A stretch of 64,000 nucleotides of DNA from Vulcanimicrobiota bacterium (GCA_050250895.1 JBFWNU010000001.1:2564891-2628890); one strand, 5' to 3'; shown: positions 1 to 9,939, counted from the stretch's first letter. The notes: generated from the sequence alone by a model not told the origin. Program-made: numbers and translations.

Positions 1-480
1 AGCCCCGACAAGGCCCGCCAGGCGGCCAACCTGGCCGAAGAGTTTGACGGTGACTATAGCACCAAAACCCGTTGCCTGTTGGCGGTGGCCGCCGCGATCG
101 CCGGCAGTCGCGAGGCTTTCTTGCAGGCCTGGCAGGCGGCCGGGACAGCCGACGCGGGCAACAGTCACAAGACCCGCTCGGTTTTCGCGGTGGCGGCCGC
201 CATCGCCGGCTCCGACAGCGGTCGGATCTTTGAACTCGCTCAGGAGCTCGATGGCAACAACTCGACGCGCACGCGGGCCATGGCCGCCGTGGCGGCGGCT
301 ATCGCGGGCACTCCCGAGCGAGCCCGCCAGGCCCACGAACTCTCTTCCACCTGGGGCGAAAGCAGCTGGGGCCGGGCCCGGGCTCTGCAGATGATGGCCT
401 GTGCCGGGGCTCTCAACCCGGCCCGCGCCGGCTATGCCATGCCCATCCAGTGGGACTTCCTCTGGCCTCCTGACGATTGA
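1..480 (+). CDS. 5'-truncated helical repeat protein with three AVAAAIAG-containing repeats of about 33-35 aa
   Basis: Frame is open from position 1 to TGA at 478-480; (K/R)TR-x3-AVAAAIAG recurs three times. Confidence 0.7.
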   Translation, partial: SPDKARQAANLAEEFDGDYSTKTRCLLAVAAAIAGSREAFLQAWQAAGTADAGNSHKTRSVFAVAAAIAGSDSGRIFELAQELDGNNSTRTRAMAAVAAAIAGTPERARQAHELSSTWGESSWGRARALQMMACAGALNPARAGYAMPIQWDFLWPPDD

Positions 481-483
481 AAC

Positions 484-597
484 GGTGGGTTCCAACGGGG
501 CACGCCCAGGGATCAAAGACGTACCACCGGCAAGGTGGGATGCCACGGGTTCGCCGGCTCAAAGCGGTCCGGACTGTCGGGCGCGCCGATCTCTACC
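484..597. ncRNA. candidate rod-shaped structured RNA with a central A-rich bubble
   Basis: Nested complementary segments 484-489/592-597, 499-507/579-587, 510-514/566-570, 527-531/553-557 and 535-538/543-546, between convergent genes. Confidence 0.3.
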
Positions 598-627
598 GGG
601 TGGCGGGGAAATCTAGCCCCACGGCCC

Positions 628-3459
628 TTAGTCGAGGAGCTGACTCAGGCGCGTGAGGGCTTCTTTTTCGGAGGTCTTGTTGGCCACCAACTCCAGCAAC
701 TGCGGCTGGATTTTCTCGGCCCCCGGCAAGGCGAACCCATCCAGCCAGACCCTGGCCTGACGCGAATTGAGCTTACCCTCTTTCATGGCCTGCTCGAGGG
801 CCTTCAGGTCTTGCACCAACTCGACCTGAGGCTGGCGCTCGAGGCGGGCGTCGATGGCCTTCAGGGTGGCGCTGCGTAAGTTGTTCTGGTTGAGAAAACC
901 GTCTTTGACAAAGACTTCTTGATAGAGCTTGATGCGTTCGTCGAGCTCGCTGTGTCCCCGGGCTACCCAGTTCACCGCGCCACGCGCCTCCGAGCGAATC
1001 ACGCCTCGGCCCGGCAGGTCCGCCAGAAAGCTCCGGAGCGAAGGGCTGCCGAGCGCGAACTGATGGTAGAGGCGGAAGCTCTCCTGCAGGTCATAACGGC
1101 GACCGTAGCCGGCCTCTTCGTGGGCCTTCAACAGGCTCTGCATGCGACGGTCGGCTTCACTCGCATCGACGCCGGCGGCCCGTTCCTGACGGTAGGCTTC
1201 GAACACGTGGGCCCGCAGCCCATCCTGGTTGAATTTTGGGTTGCCCAAAATGAGCTGGCGATAGTCTTGCAGATTGTCGACGCTCAGTTGCGCGGTCGCT
1301 TCGATCGCCTCTTGACGCCGCACTCCGGCCTCGCGCAGCTCGGACAGAAAGTCTCTCACCGGCTGCAGCTCTTCACCGCCGCCCAGATACCGCTGGTAGG
1401 CCTGTAAAGCCGCGCGAAGATCGTAGGCGTTCTTCCATTGGCCCGGCTGGGCTAGCCGATCGAGCCGGGCGAGCGTGGTCTCGAGATCGTTGCCGGCCCG
1501 GACCTCTGTCCAGGCGCACTCGAGCAACTCAGCCCGAACGTAGTCGTGGTGGTAGAGTTCTTGGGGATTGGCGAACAGCTGCCGGGCGGCCGTTACCTTC
1601 TGGTCGAGGGTCAGGCTGGCTACCGGCTCGAGGCACAGACTCATCACTCTGGTCCGAACGGTCGGGCCCACTCCTTCGCGAATCATCTGGTCGAACAGGT
1701 CGCGGGCCGGCTCGAGCGCCTCACTACCCGCCAGATAGCGAGTAAAGCTCGCGAAGGCTTCACTCACATCGCTGCGGTAGCAGGTCGAGCGCGATCCAAA
1801 GGCCTGGGCCAGCCGGTCGATTCGGGACCGGGCCGTGGCCTCGTCACTGCCCGCCCCGCGCTGGGCCAGATAGGCGTCGAAGACCCGGCTGCGGACGCCC
1901 GCCTGGTTGAGGAGCTTGTGCTCGAGCAGGACCGTCTGGTAGAAATCCCACTGCTGCGAGTCGACCTCATGGACCTGTTCCAGGGCGGTGGAGAACTCGG
2001 CGCCACCGATACCCTTCTTCAGCAAATACGCGCCTCGCTGGCGAGCGGTGGCGGCCGCGGGTCCGGCGGCGAAATGGCTGTAGCTTTCGAGCACCGAGGC
2101 GATCTCGCTGCGATAACTGAGCCCGGCCTGGTTGACCTGAACCGCCAGCTCGGCCAGGCGCCCGTAAGCCTCTCGCGGGGTTGACCCGGCCTCGACTTCG
2201 GCTCGGAAGGCTTCGAAGGTGGTGGTCTGTTGATAGCTCTCGTGGAAGGGTGCGTACTTTTTCTGGCCCAGCTCTCGGAAGGCTTCCACTCGCTCGGGTA
2301 ACGATAGCGATCCGCAGGGCGCCAGCACCTGCTCGGCGGCCCGACGGGCCAGGTCACCACTCTTGTGCTGACCCAGGCTATCGCAGAACAGGTCGGGCAC
2401 GCAATCAGGCTGACCGGCTACCACCTGGCTGTAAGCCTGGCCAGCCGAGCGAATCTGGCTGGTGTAGCCCAGACGCTCGAGCGGCTGGCGCAGCTCTAGC
2501 AGTTGGGCGCAGGCCACTACCGGTGAGGCTCCCTTGAGCAGGGCCTGGTCGAAGGCCTGGCCCAGCTCGTCGGCCTGCTTGCCCTGGGCCACCAAATCGC
2601 GCAGCGAGCCGGCATGACTGGTCAGGCCCTGGGCCGATTGAGCCAGCTTGAGCAACCATTCTTCCTCGAGCGGGCCGAGCACTTTGAGGTAGCGATCCGA
2701 AAGCCCGCTGGCGGCCAGGCTGGCGCGGGCTTGCACGACGCTGGGCGAGCCGTCCAGCAGTTGCAGTTCATGCAGGCGGGCGGCCTGGTCCCCGGCCGCT
2801 TCCAGCCGGGCTTGCGCTTGAGCCGGAGGTGCTCCCTGGGCCAACAGGTTCTGGGCGATTCGCGTGGCGCGACTGGGAGGCGCCTTGGCCAGCAGGGCCT
2901 CGGCCTGGGGCAGGTTGGCCGACTGCCAATGGTCACCGTCCATCACCAGCCAGGCAGAGGCCGGCTCGAGATAAGCTTGATAGAGCGAGAGTTGTCGGCC
3001 CTGCTGGTCGAGGGCCAGGCGGGCCTGGGCCACGCGCTCGACCCCCTCGGGCGCCGGCCGGTGGCTCAGCCCGAATTCGAGCCGTTCGAAGGCAGCCAGT
3101 TCGTCGAGACTGCGTAACGGCAGGGGCTGGCCCCAGCTTTGCACGCGCAGGCTCTCATCGCCCTTTTCCAGGCGGGCAGCCGCCTCTTCGGCCGAGAGTT
3201 TGCGGTGGGCGCTCGTCCAGGGGAAGTGCCAGCTTTTCTTGACCAGAAAATCGCACGGCAGAGCGGCTAGTTCCTGGGCTAATCCAGCCCCTGCCGCACC
3301 CAGGGGAAAGCCGTCAAGGGCCCGCTCGGGCGCCACTGCGGGGCTGCTCGCTCGGGGGCTTAGCTCGACCTGATCCCCGCCTGGCTCGGCCGGGCTCGAC
3401 GAAGCCCGGGCCACCACCCGACCTGGTCTATGCAGGGGCAGACTGCCACCAATAATCAC
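628..3459 (-). CDS. large hypothetical alpha-helical repeat protein (943 aa)
   Basis: Long ORF with internal repeats about 100 aa apart, e.g. LNQAGVRSRVFDAY / FNQDGLRAHVFEAY / LNQNNLRSATLKAI. Confidence 0.8.
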   Translation of the reverse strand: MIIGGSLPLHRPGRVVARASSSPAEPGGDQVELSPRASSPAVAPERALDGFPLGAAGAGLAQELAALPCDFLVKKSWHFPWTSAHRKLSAEEAAARLEKGDESLRVQSWGQPLPLRSLDELAAFERLEFGLSHRPAPEGVERVAQARLALDQQGRQLSLYQAYLEPASAWLVMDGDHWQSANLPQAEALLAKAPPSRATRIAQNLLAQGAPPAQAQARLEAAGDQAARLHELQLLDGSPSVVQARASLAASGLSDRYLKVLGPLEEEWLLKLAQSAQGLTSHAGSLRDLVAQGKQADELGQAFDQALLKGASPVVACAQLLELRQPLERLGYTSQIRSAGQAYSQVVAGQPDCVPDLFCDSLGQHKSGDLARRAAEQVLAPCGSLSLPERVEAFRELGQKKYAPFHESYQQTTTFEAFRAEVEAGSTPREAYGRLAELAVQVNQAGLSYRSEIASVLESYSHFAAGPAAATARQRGAYLLKKGIGGAEFSTALEQVHEVDSQQWDFYQTVLLEHKLLNQAGVRSRVFDAYLAQRGAGSDEATARSRIDRLAQAFGSRSTCYRSDVSEAFASFTRYLAGSEALEPARDLFDQMIREGVGPTVRTRVMSLCLEPVASLTLDQKVTAARQLFANPQELYHHDYVRAELLECAWTEVRAGNDLETTLARLDRLAQPGQWKNAYDLRAALQAYQRYLGGGEELQPVRDFLSELREAGVRRQEAIEATAQLSVDNLQDYRQLILGNPKFNQDGLRAHVFEAYRQERAAGVDASEADRRMQSLLKAHEEAGYGRRYDLQESFRLYHQFALGSPSLRSFLADLPGRGVIRSEARGAVNWVARGHSELDERIKLYQEVFVKDGFLNQNNLRSATLKAIDARLERQPQVELVQDLKALEQAMKEGKLNSRQARVWLDGFALPGAEKIQPQLLELVANKTSEKEALTRLSQLLD

Positions 3460-3493
3460 CCTCCCATTCTAGGGCCGGGAACTGAAAACGGAC

Positions 3494-4927
3494 CTAAAAG
3501 CAGGGCAGGCGAAGTTCGACCACCACGCCGTCGCGGTCCTCGCGATTGCGGATGTGGCACTCGCCGCCCACCTCGAGCACCATGGAAGAGACCACCGACA
3601 GCCCCAGACCCATGCCCGGCACCTGGCCGGTGAAGTGGCGTTCGCCCTGGTAATAGGGCTGAAAGGCCTGGCGCAGTTGCTCGGGCGAGAGGGTCACCCC
3701 GTCGTCGCGCACGGCGATGTCGACGGTAGAGTTCTTGCGCTGGGCCGTCAGCTCGATCGCGGGCGATTTTTCGGGATGGAACTTCTTGCTGTTTTGCATC
3801 AGTTCGAGCAGGGTCAGCTCGAGGGCTCGATCCGACAGATTGATGGCTCCCTTGAGAGGGGTCTCCAGGCAGCAACGTACGGGCTTGAGCTCAAGCTGGG
3901 CCGCCAGTTCTTGAGCCACCGACTCGAGGCGAACCAGCTCGAAACCTTCGCCGTCGGGCACGGCCGTGGGCGCCTGCAGATACGCCAGCACGTCGTCGAG
4001 TTCGCCTTTGAGCTCGTTGACCCCGTCCAGGGACATCTTGGCGAACTCGGCGATCTTGTCGGGGGTGAGCTTGTCGCCTCGATCGACGATGAAGGAGAGT
4101 CCCCAGATCATCTTGGTCAGAGGAGTGCGCAGTTTGTGGGCGATGAGGGCGTTGAAGCTCCAGACGCTGCGTTGGGAAGTCATCTGGGCGGTGACGTCGC
4201 GCAGTTGCAGCAGGCGCTCGGTGCGGCCGCGCACCGAGTGGACCATGTTCTTGACCTCGATGAAGGCGGCTCCGGCCATGCTCGACTCGGGGCGCACCAG
4301 CTGAAACACCTTCTCGGGCTTGAGGTTGGGCCAATCCGCCAGGGCGTCGTCGGGTGAGGGCGAGAACTGGCGCTGCAGATGGGGCAGCAGCTGGTGGCCT
4401 TCACTACCGGTGGGGAGCGAGAGGATGGTCCTGGATTTGGCGTTGGAGTAAAGGATGACTCCCTGGTCGTTGACCAGCACATAGCCTTCTTCGGCGTTAT
4501 CTACGACCCAGCTAAAACGGGCCCGCTCGTCGCGAATGCGGGCGTAGCGGTTGAGACGCGTGACGCTGGCAATTTGAGCCCGAAACTCGCTGGGCTTGAA
4601 GGGCTTCGAGATAAAGTCGTCGGCCCCGGCCAAGAGCCCGGCCACCCGCGATTCTTCGTCTTCGAGGGCCGTCACCATGATGACCGGCACCTCGGCCAGC
4701 ACTTCGTTCTCGCGCAGTTCACGACAGACCTGATTGCCGTCCTTGCCGGGCATGACCACGTCGAGCAAGATGAGATCAGGGGTCAACTCGAGGGCCTTGG
4801 CCAGCGCCTCGTCGCCGTCGCCCGCAAACTCGAGCCGGTACGGCTCGTTCTTGAGCAGGCTCTTCATCAAGAGACGTTCAGCCCGGTCGTCGTCGACGAT
4901 GAGGATCAACGGTTGCTCGAAAGTCAC
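3494..4927 (-). CDS. hybrid response regulator / sensor histidine kinase (REC-PAS-HisKA-HATPase)
   Basis: ILIVDD...LLDVVMPG...KPF receiver domain; AHKLRTPL H-box; DDG and GMGLGL G-boxes. Confidence 0.92.
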   Translation of the reverse strand: MTFEQPLILIVDDDRAERLLMKSLLKNEPYRLEFAGDGDEALAKALELTPDLILLDVVMPGKDGNQVCRELRENEVLAEVPVIMVTALEDEESRVAGLLAGADDFISKPFKPSEFRAQIASVTRLNRYARIRDERARFSWVVDNAEEGYVLVNDQGVILYSNAKSRTILSLPTGSEGHQLLPHLQRQFSPSPDDALADWPNLKPEKVFQLVRPESSMAGAAFIEVKNMVHSVRGRTERLLQLRDVTAQMTSQRSVWSFNALIAHKLRTPLTKMIWGLSFIVDRGDKLTPDKIAEFAKMSLDGVNELKGELDDVLAYLQAPTAVPDGEGFELVRLESVAQELAAQLELKPVRCCLETPLKGAINLSDRALELTLLELMQNSKKFHPEKSPAIELTAQRKNSTVDIAVRDDGVTLSPEQLRQAFQPYYQGERHFTGQVPGMGLGLSVVSSMVLEVGGECHIRNREDRDGVVVELRLPCF

Positions 4928-4996
4928 GCTTTACTGTCCTTTGCGTCGGTTCACTGCAGAAGGATTTGCGTTGGTCGGTTCGAGAAACGGACCACA

Positions 4997-6190
4997 ATGT
5001 CCAACGTCCCCTTCCTCCGGCAACTTCGCCTGCGAAATTTCTTGTCCTATCAGGACGAGCAGATTGAGTGTCGCGGTCTCAATGTCCTGATTGGAGCCAA
5101 CGGGTCAGGAAAGTCTAATTTACTGGAATGCCTGCGAATTCTGCAAGCCACGCCGGATGATTTGGCTGCCGTGATTCGGGAAGGTGGGGGAGTGGATGAC
5201 TGGATATCCCGCGCTCCGGGCGGACCGGGTGCGGCTTCAATCGAGGCGATTCTATCAGCCGACCACACCAGGGAAGAGTTTCGCCAGCGCTACCAGTTGG
5301 ACTTCACATCGGTGAGGGGGCGCCTGGAACTGACGGATGAGACCCTGGAGAACGAGCAGGCCTTACCAGGGCACGAGAGACCCTACTTTTTCTATCGTTA
5401 CCAGGGGGGAGACCCCGTGCTGAATGTCCGGGTGGCGAACGCCGAAGTGGTGCCACGCCGTTTGAAGCGCCAAAGCCTCAAGCCGGACCAGTCGATCTTT
5501 GCCCAACGGCGGGACCCCGAGCAGTATCCAGAAGTCAGCCGAATAGCGGAGCTATTCGCCGAGTTTCGCATTTATCGGGAACTAGGCATCGGACCGAGTG
5601 CCGGCTATCGCTATCCTCAAAAACTAGATCTTCCGAGCGACCAGCTGGAGGAGGATGGCTCGAACCTGGTGCTGGTGCTGGGCACTCTCCAGCATTTCGA
5701 TGCCTTCCGACGCATTGAACACGAGTTGAGCCGTTTCTATGAGGGCGCGGAACGTCTTCTGATAACCCCCGAGGCCGGCACTCTCGCTCTTTATCTGAAG
5801 GAAGCACATCTTTCCAGGCCCACGCCCGCGACCAGGCTGTCGGACGGAACCCTGAGGTTCTTATGCCTGCTCACCGTTCTTTGTCATCCCGACCCGCCCC
5901 CGGTGGTCGCGATTGAAGAGCCTGAACTCGGGCTTCATCCAGACGCGGTGCTCCAGATTGCAGATCTCATCGTCGAGGCGAGTCAGAGAACGCAGTTGTT
6001 CATTACGACTCACTCCGAGGCGTTCGTGTCGGCCCTCTCAGAACAGGTGGACGATGTGGTGGTCTGTGAGAAAATCAACGGATTGACTCGCCTCCGGAGG
6101 CTAGAGTCAGAGGCGCTTCGGCTCTGGCTGGAGCGCTACTCGCTTGGTGAGCTTTGGCGGAAGGGAGAACTGGGTGGCAACCCGGTTTAA
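4997..6190 (+). CDS. ABC-type AAA ATPase (AAA_21/AbiEii-like)
   Basis: LRNFLS, Walker A GANGSGKS, signature LSDGT, Walker B IEEPE, TTHS; start set at ATG 4997 (MSNVPF). Confidence 0.9.
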   Translation: MSNVPFLRQLRLRNFLSYQDEQIECRGLNVLIGANGSGKSNLLECLRILQATPDDLAAVIREGGGVDDWISRAPGGPGAASIEAILSADHTREEFRQRYQLDFTSVRGRLELTDETLENEQALPGHERPYFFYRYQGGDPVLNVRVANAEVVPRRLKRQSLKPDQSIFAQRRDPEQYPEVSRIAELFAEFRIYRELGIGPSAGYRYPQKLDLPSDQLEEDGSNLVLVLGTLQHFDAFRRIEHELSRFYEGAERLLITPEAGTLALYLKEAHLSRPTPATRLSDGTLRFLCLLTVLCHPDPPPVVAIEEPELGLHPDAVLQIADLIVEASQRTQLFITTHSEAFVSALSEQVDDVVVCEKINGLTRLRRLESEALRLWLERYSLGELWRKGELGGNPV

Positions 6191-6806
6191 GGAGATTCGT
6201 CTCTACATCGAAGGCGCTAAGCGGGGAGACTTGAGAGCCCGATTACGCGTCGCGTTTGGTGAATTCCTCAAGCCTCTGAGGTCGAAGGCTCCGCGACGAG
6301 GCCTCCGCTGGAGTGTCGTGATGTCGGGCGGAACCCACGATACGCTAGAAGACTTCGACGTGGCAATGAAGAGCCATCCGCACGCGCTGGTTCTGGTGCT
6401 GGTTGACGCTGAGAAACCCATGGAATATACCGGTGACCGACTCGACGCTGCGGCTAAGCAGCTCATTTCGACTCAGAAAGGCGATTTTTCGTCGGAGCCG
6501 GACGAGAAGCAGATCCATCTTATGGTGCAGCTGATGGAGGCCTGGTTTTTTGCGGACCTGGCCGCCGTGAAGGATTGCTTTCCCGATTTAGTCGAGAGGC
6601 ATTTGAACGTCCCCAACAACGTCGAGACAGTCCCCAAGCAGGATGTGCTTCGCAAACTCAAGGATACCTCCAGAGGGCGGTATAGTAAGTCTGTCCACTC
6701 GCATGTGATTCTCGCCAAGCTCGATCCAGCGCTGGTCTGTAGCCGCGCGCCGTTTTGCCAACGTCTGTTTTCTATCATTGAGCAGGCGATTGATTCCCAG
6801 GGCTAG
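6174..6806 (+). CDS. DUF4276-family (TOPRIM-like) protein
   Basis: IRLYIEG, LVLVDAE, MVQLMEAWFFAD and YSKSVH motifs; overlaps the ATPase 3' end; start (GTG 6174) approximate. Confidence 0.8.
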   Translation: MATRFKEIRLYIEGAKRGDLRARLRVAFGEFLKPLRSKAPRRGLRWSVVMSGGTHDTLEDFDVAMKSHPHALVLVLVDAEKPMEYTGDRLDAAAKQLISTQKGDFSSEPDEKQIHLMVQLMEAWFFADLAAVKDCFPDLVERHLNVPNNVETVPKQDVLRKLKDTSRGRYSKSVHSHVILAKLDPALVCSRAPFCQRLFSIIEQAIDSQG

Positions 6807-6851
6807 GCCTGCGACAGCGGTCGTACGTTCGACAGGAGCCTCGCGCCGGGA

Positions 6852-7796
6852 TTGGAATGGAGGCTGGTGCCGACCATCTATGCCGGAGAATGGGCGCCCG
6901 AATACGGGGGGCCGCATCTGACCGAAGCCGACGGCCCTGAAGGCCAGGCCGAGGTGTGGGAGCATTCGCTGGTGACCTCGGTCGATTGCCCACCGCTGGC
7001 TCGGCCGCTGGCTTTTGTCGACGGTATCCGTCGGGTCGAAGCCCAGCTGTTCTACGCCGAGGGCAACGAGGAGCCGGCTCCCGGAGTGGCCGGGGCGCTG
7101 GCGGTGGGGGCGGTCGTGCCCAGTCCGGCCGGACCCCTCGAGGTGGTCGAGGTCGAGGTGCGCCGCCTGGCCATTTTCGGCTCCGGCAAGACGGCCAGCT
7201 TGCCCGCCCAGCCGGGCGGCTGGAGCTGGCAGACCGTCACCCTCGAAGACGGCAGCCTGGACGCGCCCATGCAAGAGTTGCAGCGCCTGATGCGCGAACG
7301 CGAGTGGGCTCTGGCCGAGCGGCTGGCTGCTGCCGGGCAACTGGTCCTTCTGGACGGGCCTTTGCACAGCACTCGTGACCATAAGGCCTCGATTGTGGGC
7401 TACGTCAAAACCCACCATCGGCGTCTGCTCGAGCCGGCTGCCCACGCCAAGGTGGCTCTGCTCGAGCACGGGCAGCGCACCAGCCTGTTCACGGTCAGCG
7501 AGCGACACTCGTGCTATTTCCGACTGGCTGGGCGCACGCCTCGACATCATCCCTGGTTTGGCATCGTGCGCCTCGAAGTGAGTGCGGCCGCCGGCCGCCA
7601 AGCCACCGTCGAGACCATCAACGCGGTCTGTGGCACGCTGCCGCGCTATGCCGGGGTCAGTCACGTCGACCCTCGGGCCCCCCAGAATTTGCAGCCGGTC
7701 GGAGCCCTAGAGCGCGAGTTGCGCCGCCGCTGCGGCGATACGGCTTTAGGCACACGGGCTACCCGCGAGGCGGTGGCTCAGTTAGCGGGAGGATAG
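6852..7796 (+). CDS. nurA: NurA-family nuclease
   Basis: AFVDGIRR, LLDGPL, VGYVKTH and DPRAPQNL-x-P motifs of bacterial NurA; abuts herA. Confidence 0.85.
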   Translation: MEWRLVPTIYAGEWAPEYGGPHLTEADGPEGQAEVWEHSLVTSVDCPPLARPLAFVDGIRRVEAQLFYAEGNEEPAPGVAGALAVGAVVPSPAGPLEVVEVEVRRLAIFGSGKTASLPAQPGGWSWQTVTLEDGSLDAPMQELQRLMREREWALAERLAAAGQLVLLDGPLHSTRDHKASIVGYVKTHHRRLLEPAAHAKVALLEHGQRTSLFTVSERHSCYFRLAGRTPRHHPWFGIVRLEVSAAAGRQATVETINAVCGTLPRYAGVSHVDPRAPQNLQPVGALERELRRRCGDTALGTRATREAVAQLAGG

Positions 7797-9590
7797 ATGG
7801 ATAACGAGAATCGGGTCGGATTGGTCGACGGGGTGGTGGAAGGCAGCACCAGCAAGTTTCGAGTCATCCTCGACGAAGACCGCTATCTGCAGCTCGACGA
7901 GCTGGTCAACACCTCACAGGTGCTGCCCACCGGCGAGCTGCATACCACTTATGGCATCGTCACCGAGGTCTATGGACGCATCGAGGGGGCTAGCTTCCCC
8001 TCCGACACGGTGCGCATCGCTCGCGATCAGACCATGCCCGGCTCGGCCGTGCGCACCGCCGATGTGAAGGTGCTCCGCACCGTGCCCGAGATCTGGGTGC
8101 CACCTGCTCCCGGAGCCACCGTCGAGCGAGCCCGCGATGCCCATCGCAAGAACGCGCTCTATCTCGACCAGATGGCCCGACCCATCCCGGTGGCTCTCGA
8201 CAACACGGGCGAGCCGGTCTTTCTCGACTTTGATTTCCTTGACGGCACCCGCGGCGGCCACGTTTCGATTTCGGGCGTGTCAGGGGTCGCCACCAAGACC
8301 TCGTTCGCGCTGCATCTGCTCTATCTGCTGCTCGAGACCAACACCGGTCGAGAAGCTCTGGGCATTCACGCGGCCGGCACCCGAGCCCTGATCTTCAACG
8401 TCAAAGGCGAGGATCTGCTTCATTTCGACAAGCCGTCTTCAGCCTATGAGAAGCGCTGCCAGAAGGATCCGGACCTGCCCCACCAGTGGCGCAAGCTCGA
8501 GGTGGACAGTCCCGGACCATTCCATTCGGTTCGCTTTCTGGCCCCGCTGTCGCGCCACGCGCAGGGAACTCCCTGCACCGACGTCGAGTCGCGCCCGGCG
8601 GACCAGCTCACACCCTATGGCTGGACTGTCTACGAATTCATTCGCCAAGGCCTGTTGCGCTTTTGCTTTTCGGATGTGGATGACTCGCGCAACCAGCTCT
8701 CGTTCGTCGAGCAGCGAGTGCGGGTCCAATTGGCCCGTTGGGCCTTCCCTCTCGAGGGCAAGCCAGGAGCGGTGGTGATGATCCCGCCGACCCAGGGGGT
8801 CGGCTACAACATCGACCAGCTGGCCCAGAAAAAGCGCGAGCCTCGGCCCGCCCTCGAGGGCGATGTGGTCGAAGACTTCCGCGGGCTGGTCGATTTTCTC
8901 GAGCGCCAGCTCGAAGAAGGCGAAAGCCGGGAGTGGACGGGCGGCACGCAAGCCGGCACCGTCAACGCTTTTCTCAGGCGGTTGCACGCGATGGTGCCGC
9001 GTTTCGGGCATCTGATTACCCATCGGGTCAAGAGCTTCACTCTGGAAGGCTCTGAGGCGCCCACCGAAAACCTCATCGTGGTCGACATCAACAGCCTGCA
9101 CGAAGACGGCCAACGCTTCGTAGTGGGCGCTCTGCTCAGCTCGATCTTCTCGGCCAAGGAGCGGGGCAAGCGGTTTCCCCTCCACTTCGTGGTGCTCGAC
9201 GAACTCAACAAATACGCGCCTCGCCACGGCAGCAGTCCGCTCAAAGAGGTGCTGGTCGATATCGCCGCTCGCGGTCGTTCGCTGGGTGTGATCCTCGTCG
9301 GCGCCCAGCAGTCGGCCTCGGATGTGGAAGGGGCTATCACTCGCAATGCCGCTATCCGCGTGGTGGGGCGGCTGGACGGAGCCGAGTCCACGGCCGACAT
9401 CTACCGTTTTCTCACCCCCGAGGTGCGCGAGCGGGCCACTCGGCTGTTGCCGGGAGCGATGATTCTGGATCAACCGCTCATCCCGGCGCCCATTCCCTTT
9501 CGCTTTCCCTTTCCCAACTATGCGACTCGGGCCGACGAGGTCCCTCAGCTCGACGAAGTCGAGATGGAACAGGCCTTTCTTTTCCGCTAG
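7797..9590 (+). CDS. herA: HerA/FtsK-family helicase-ATPase
   Basis: N-terminal HAS barrel, variant Walker A GVSGVATKT, IFNVKGED, Walker B VVLDELNKYAP, RGRSLG, GAQQ. Confidence 0.88.
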   Translation: MDNENRVGLVDGVVEGSTSKFRVILDEDRYLQLDELVNTSQVLPTGELHTTYGIVTEVYGRIEGASFPSDTVRIARDQTMPGSAVRTADVKVLRTVPEIWVPPAPGATVERARDAHRKNALYLDQMARPIPVALDNTGEPVFLDFDFLDGTRGGHVSISGVSGVATKTSFALHLLYLLLETNTGREALGIHAAGTRALIFNVKGEDLLHFDKPSSAYEKRCQKDPDLPHQWRKLEVDSPGPFHSVRFLAPLSRHAQGTPCTDVESRPADQLTPYGWTVYEFIRQGLLRFCFSDVDDSRNQLSFVEQRVRVQLARWAFPLEGKPGAVVMIPPTQGVGYNIDQLAQKKREPRPALEGDVVEDFRGLVDFLERQLEEGESREWTGGTQAGTVNAFLRRLHAMVPRFGHLITHRVKSFTLEGSEAPTENLIVVDINSLHEDGQRFVVGALLSSIFSAKERGKRFPLHFVVLDELNKYAPRHGSSPLKEVLVDIAARGRSLGVILVGAQQSASDVEGAITRNAAIRVVGRLDGAESTADIYRFLTPEVRERATRLLPGAMILDQPLIPAPIPFRFPFPNYATRADEVPQLDEVEMEQAFLFR

Positions 9591-9601
9591 TCTAACCCGA
9601 A

Positions 9602-9871
9602 ATGGTCTTTGAAGTAAGCCGCATCCGACATGAGAGCGATCTGCCGATCTTTGCTGGTAGGGTGACCGAGGGCCGTCTCGTGGTCGGTTTCTTACTCGAG
9701 GCACGCCGTCAAGGCGAGGCCGTCTGCCGGTCTCGCGTGACCGGAGTGTGCGTGGGTGGACGCTGGCTCGACCAGGCCTCGCCGGGTGACGAAGTCGAGA
9801 TTCTGCTGCGGGGAGAACCGGCTCGTCAGGTGAAGGTGGGGGACGTTCTCCATCATCTGCCCGAGAATTAG
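9602..9871 (+). CDS. stand-alone EF-Tu domain-II-like beta-barrel protein
   Basis: GRVTEG...LDQASPGDEVEILLRG...VKVGDVL resembles EF-Tu domain 2. Confidence 0.65.
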   Translation: MVFEVSRIRHESDLPIFAGRVTEGRLVVGFLLEARRQGEAVCRSRVTGVCVGGRWLDQASPGDEVEILLRGEPARQVKVGDVLHHLPEN

Positions 9872-9874
9872 TCT

Positions 9875-9939
9875 GTAAACAGTTGTTGACTTTTGCGAGA
9901 GGGCGAGGTATCCTTGCTGAATACTGAGTGAGTGTTCAG
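9875..9939 (+). promoter_or_regulatory. sigma70 promoter with two candidate TetR operators
   Basis: TTGACT(9886-9891)-N17-TATCCT(9909-9914); imperfect palindromes GTAAAC-AGTT-GTTGAC (9875-9890) and CTGAATACT-N5-AGTGTTCAG (9917-9939). Confidence 0.7.

Noticed and set aside
4379-4996. N-terminal extension of the AAA ATPase ORF
   Set aside because: It is the antisense shadow of the kinase gene; ATPase motifs begin after ATG 4997.
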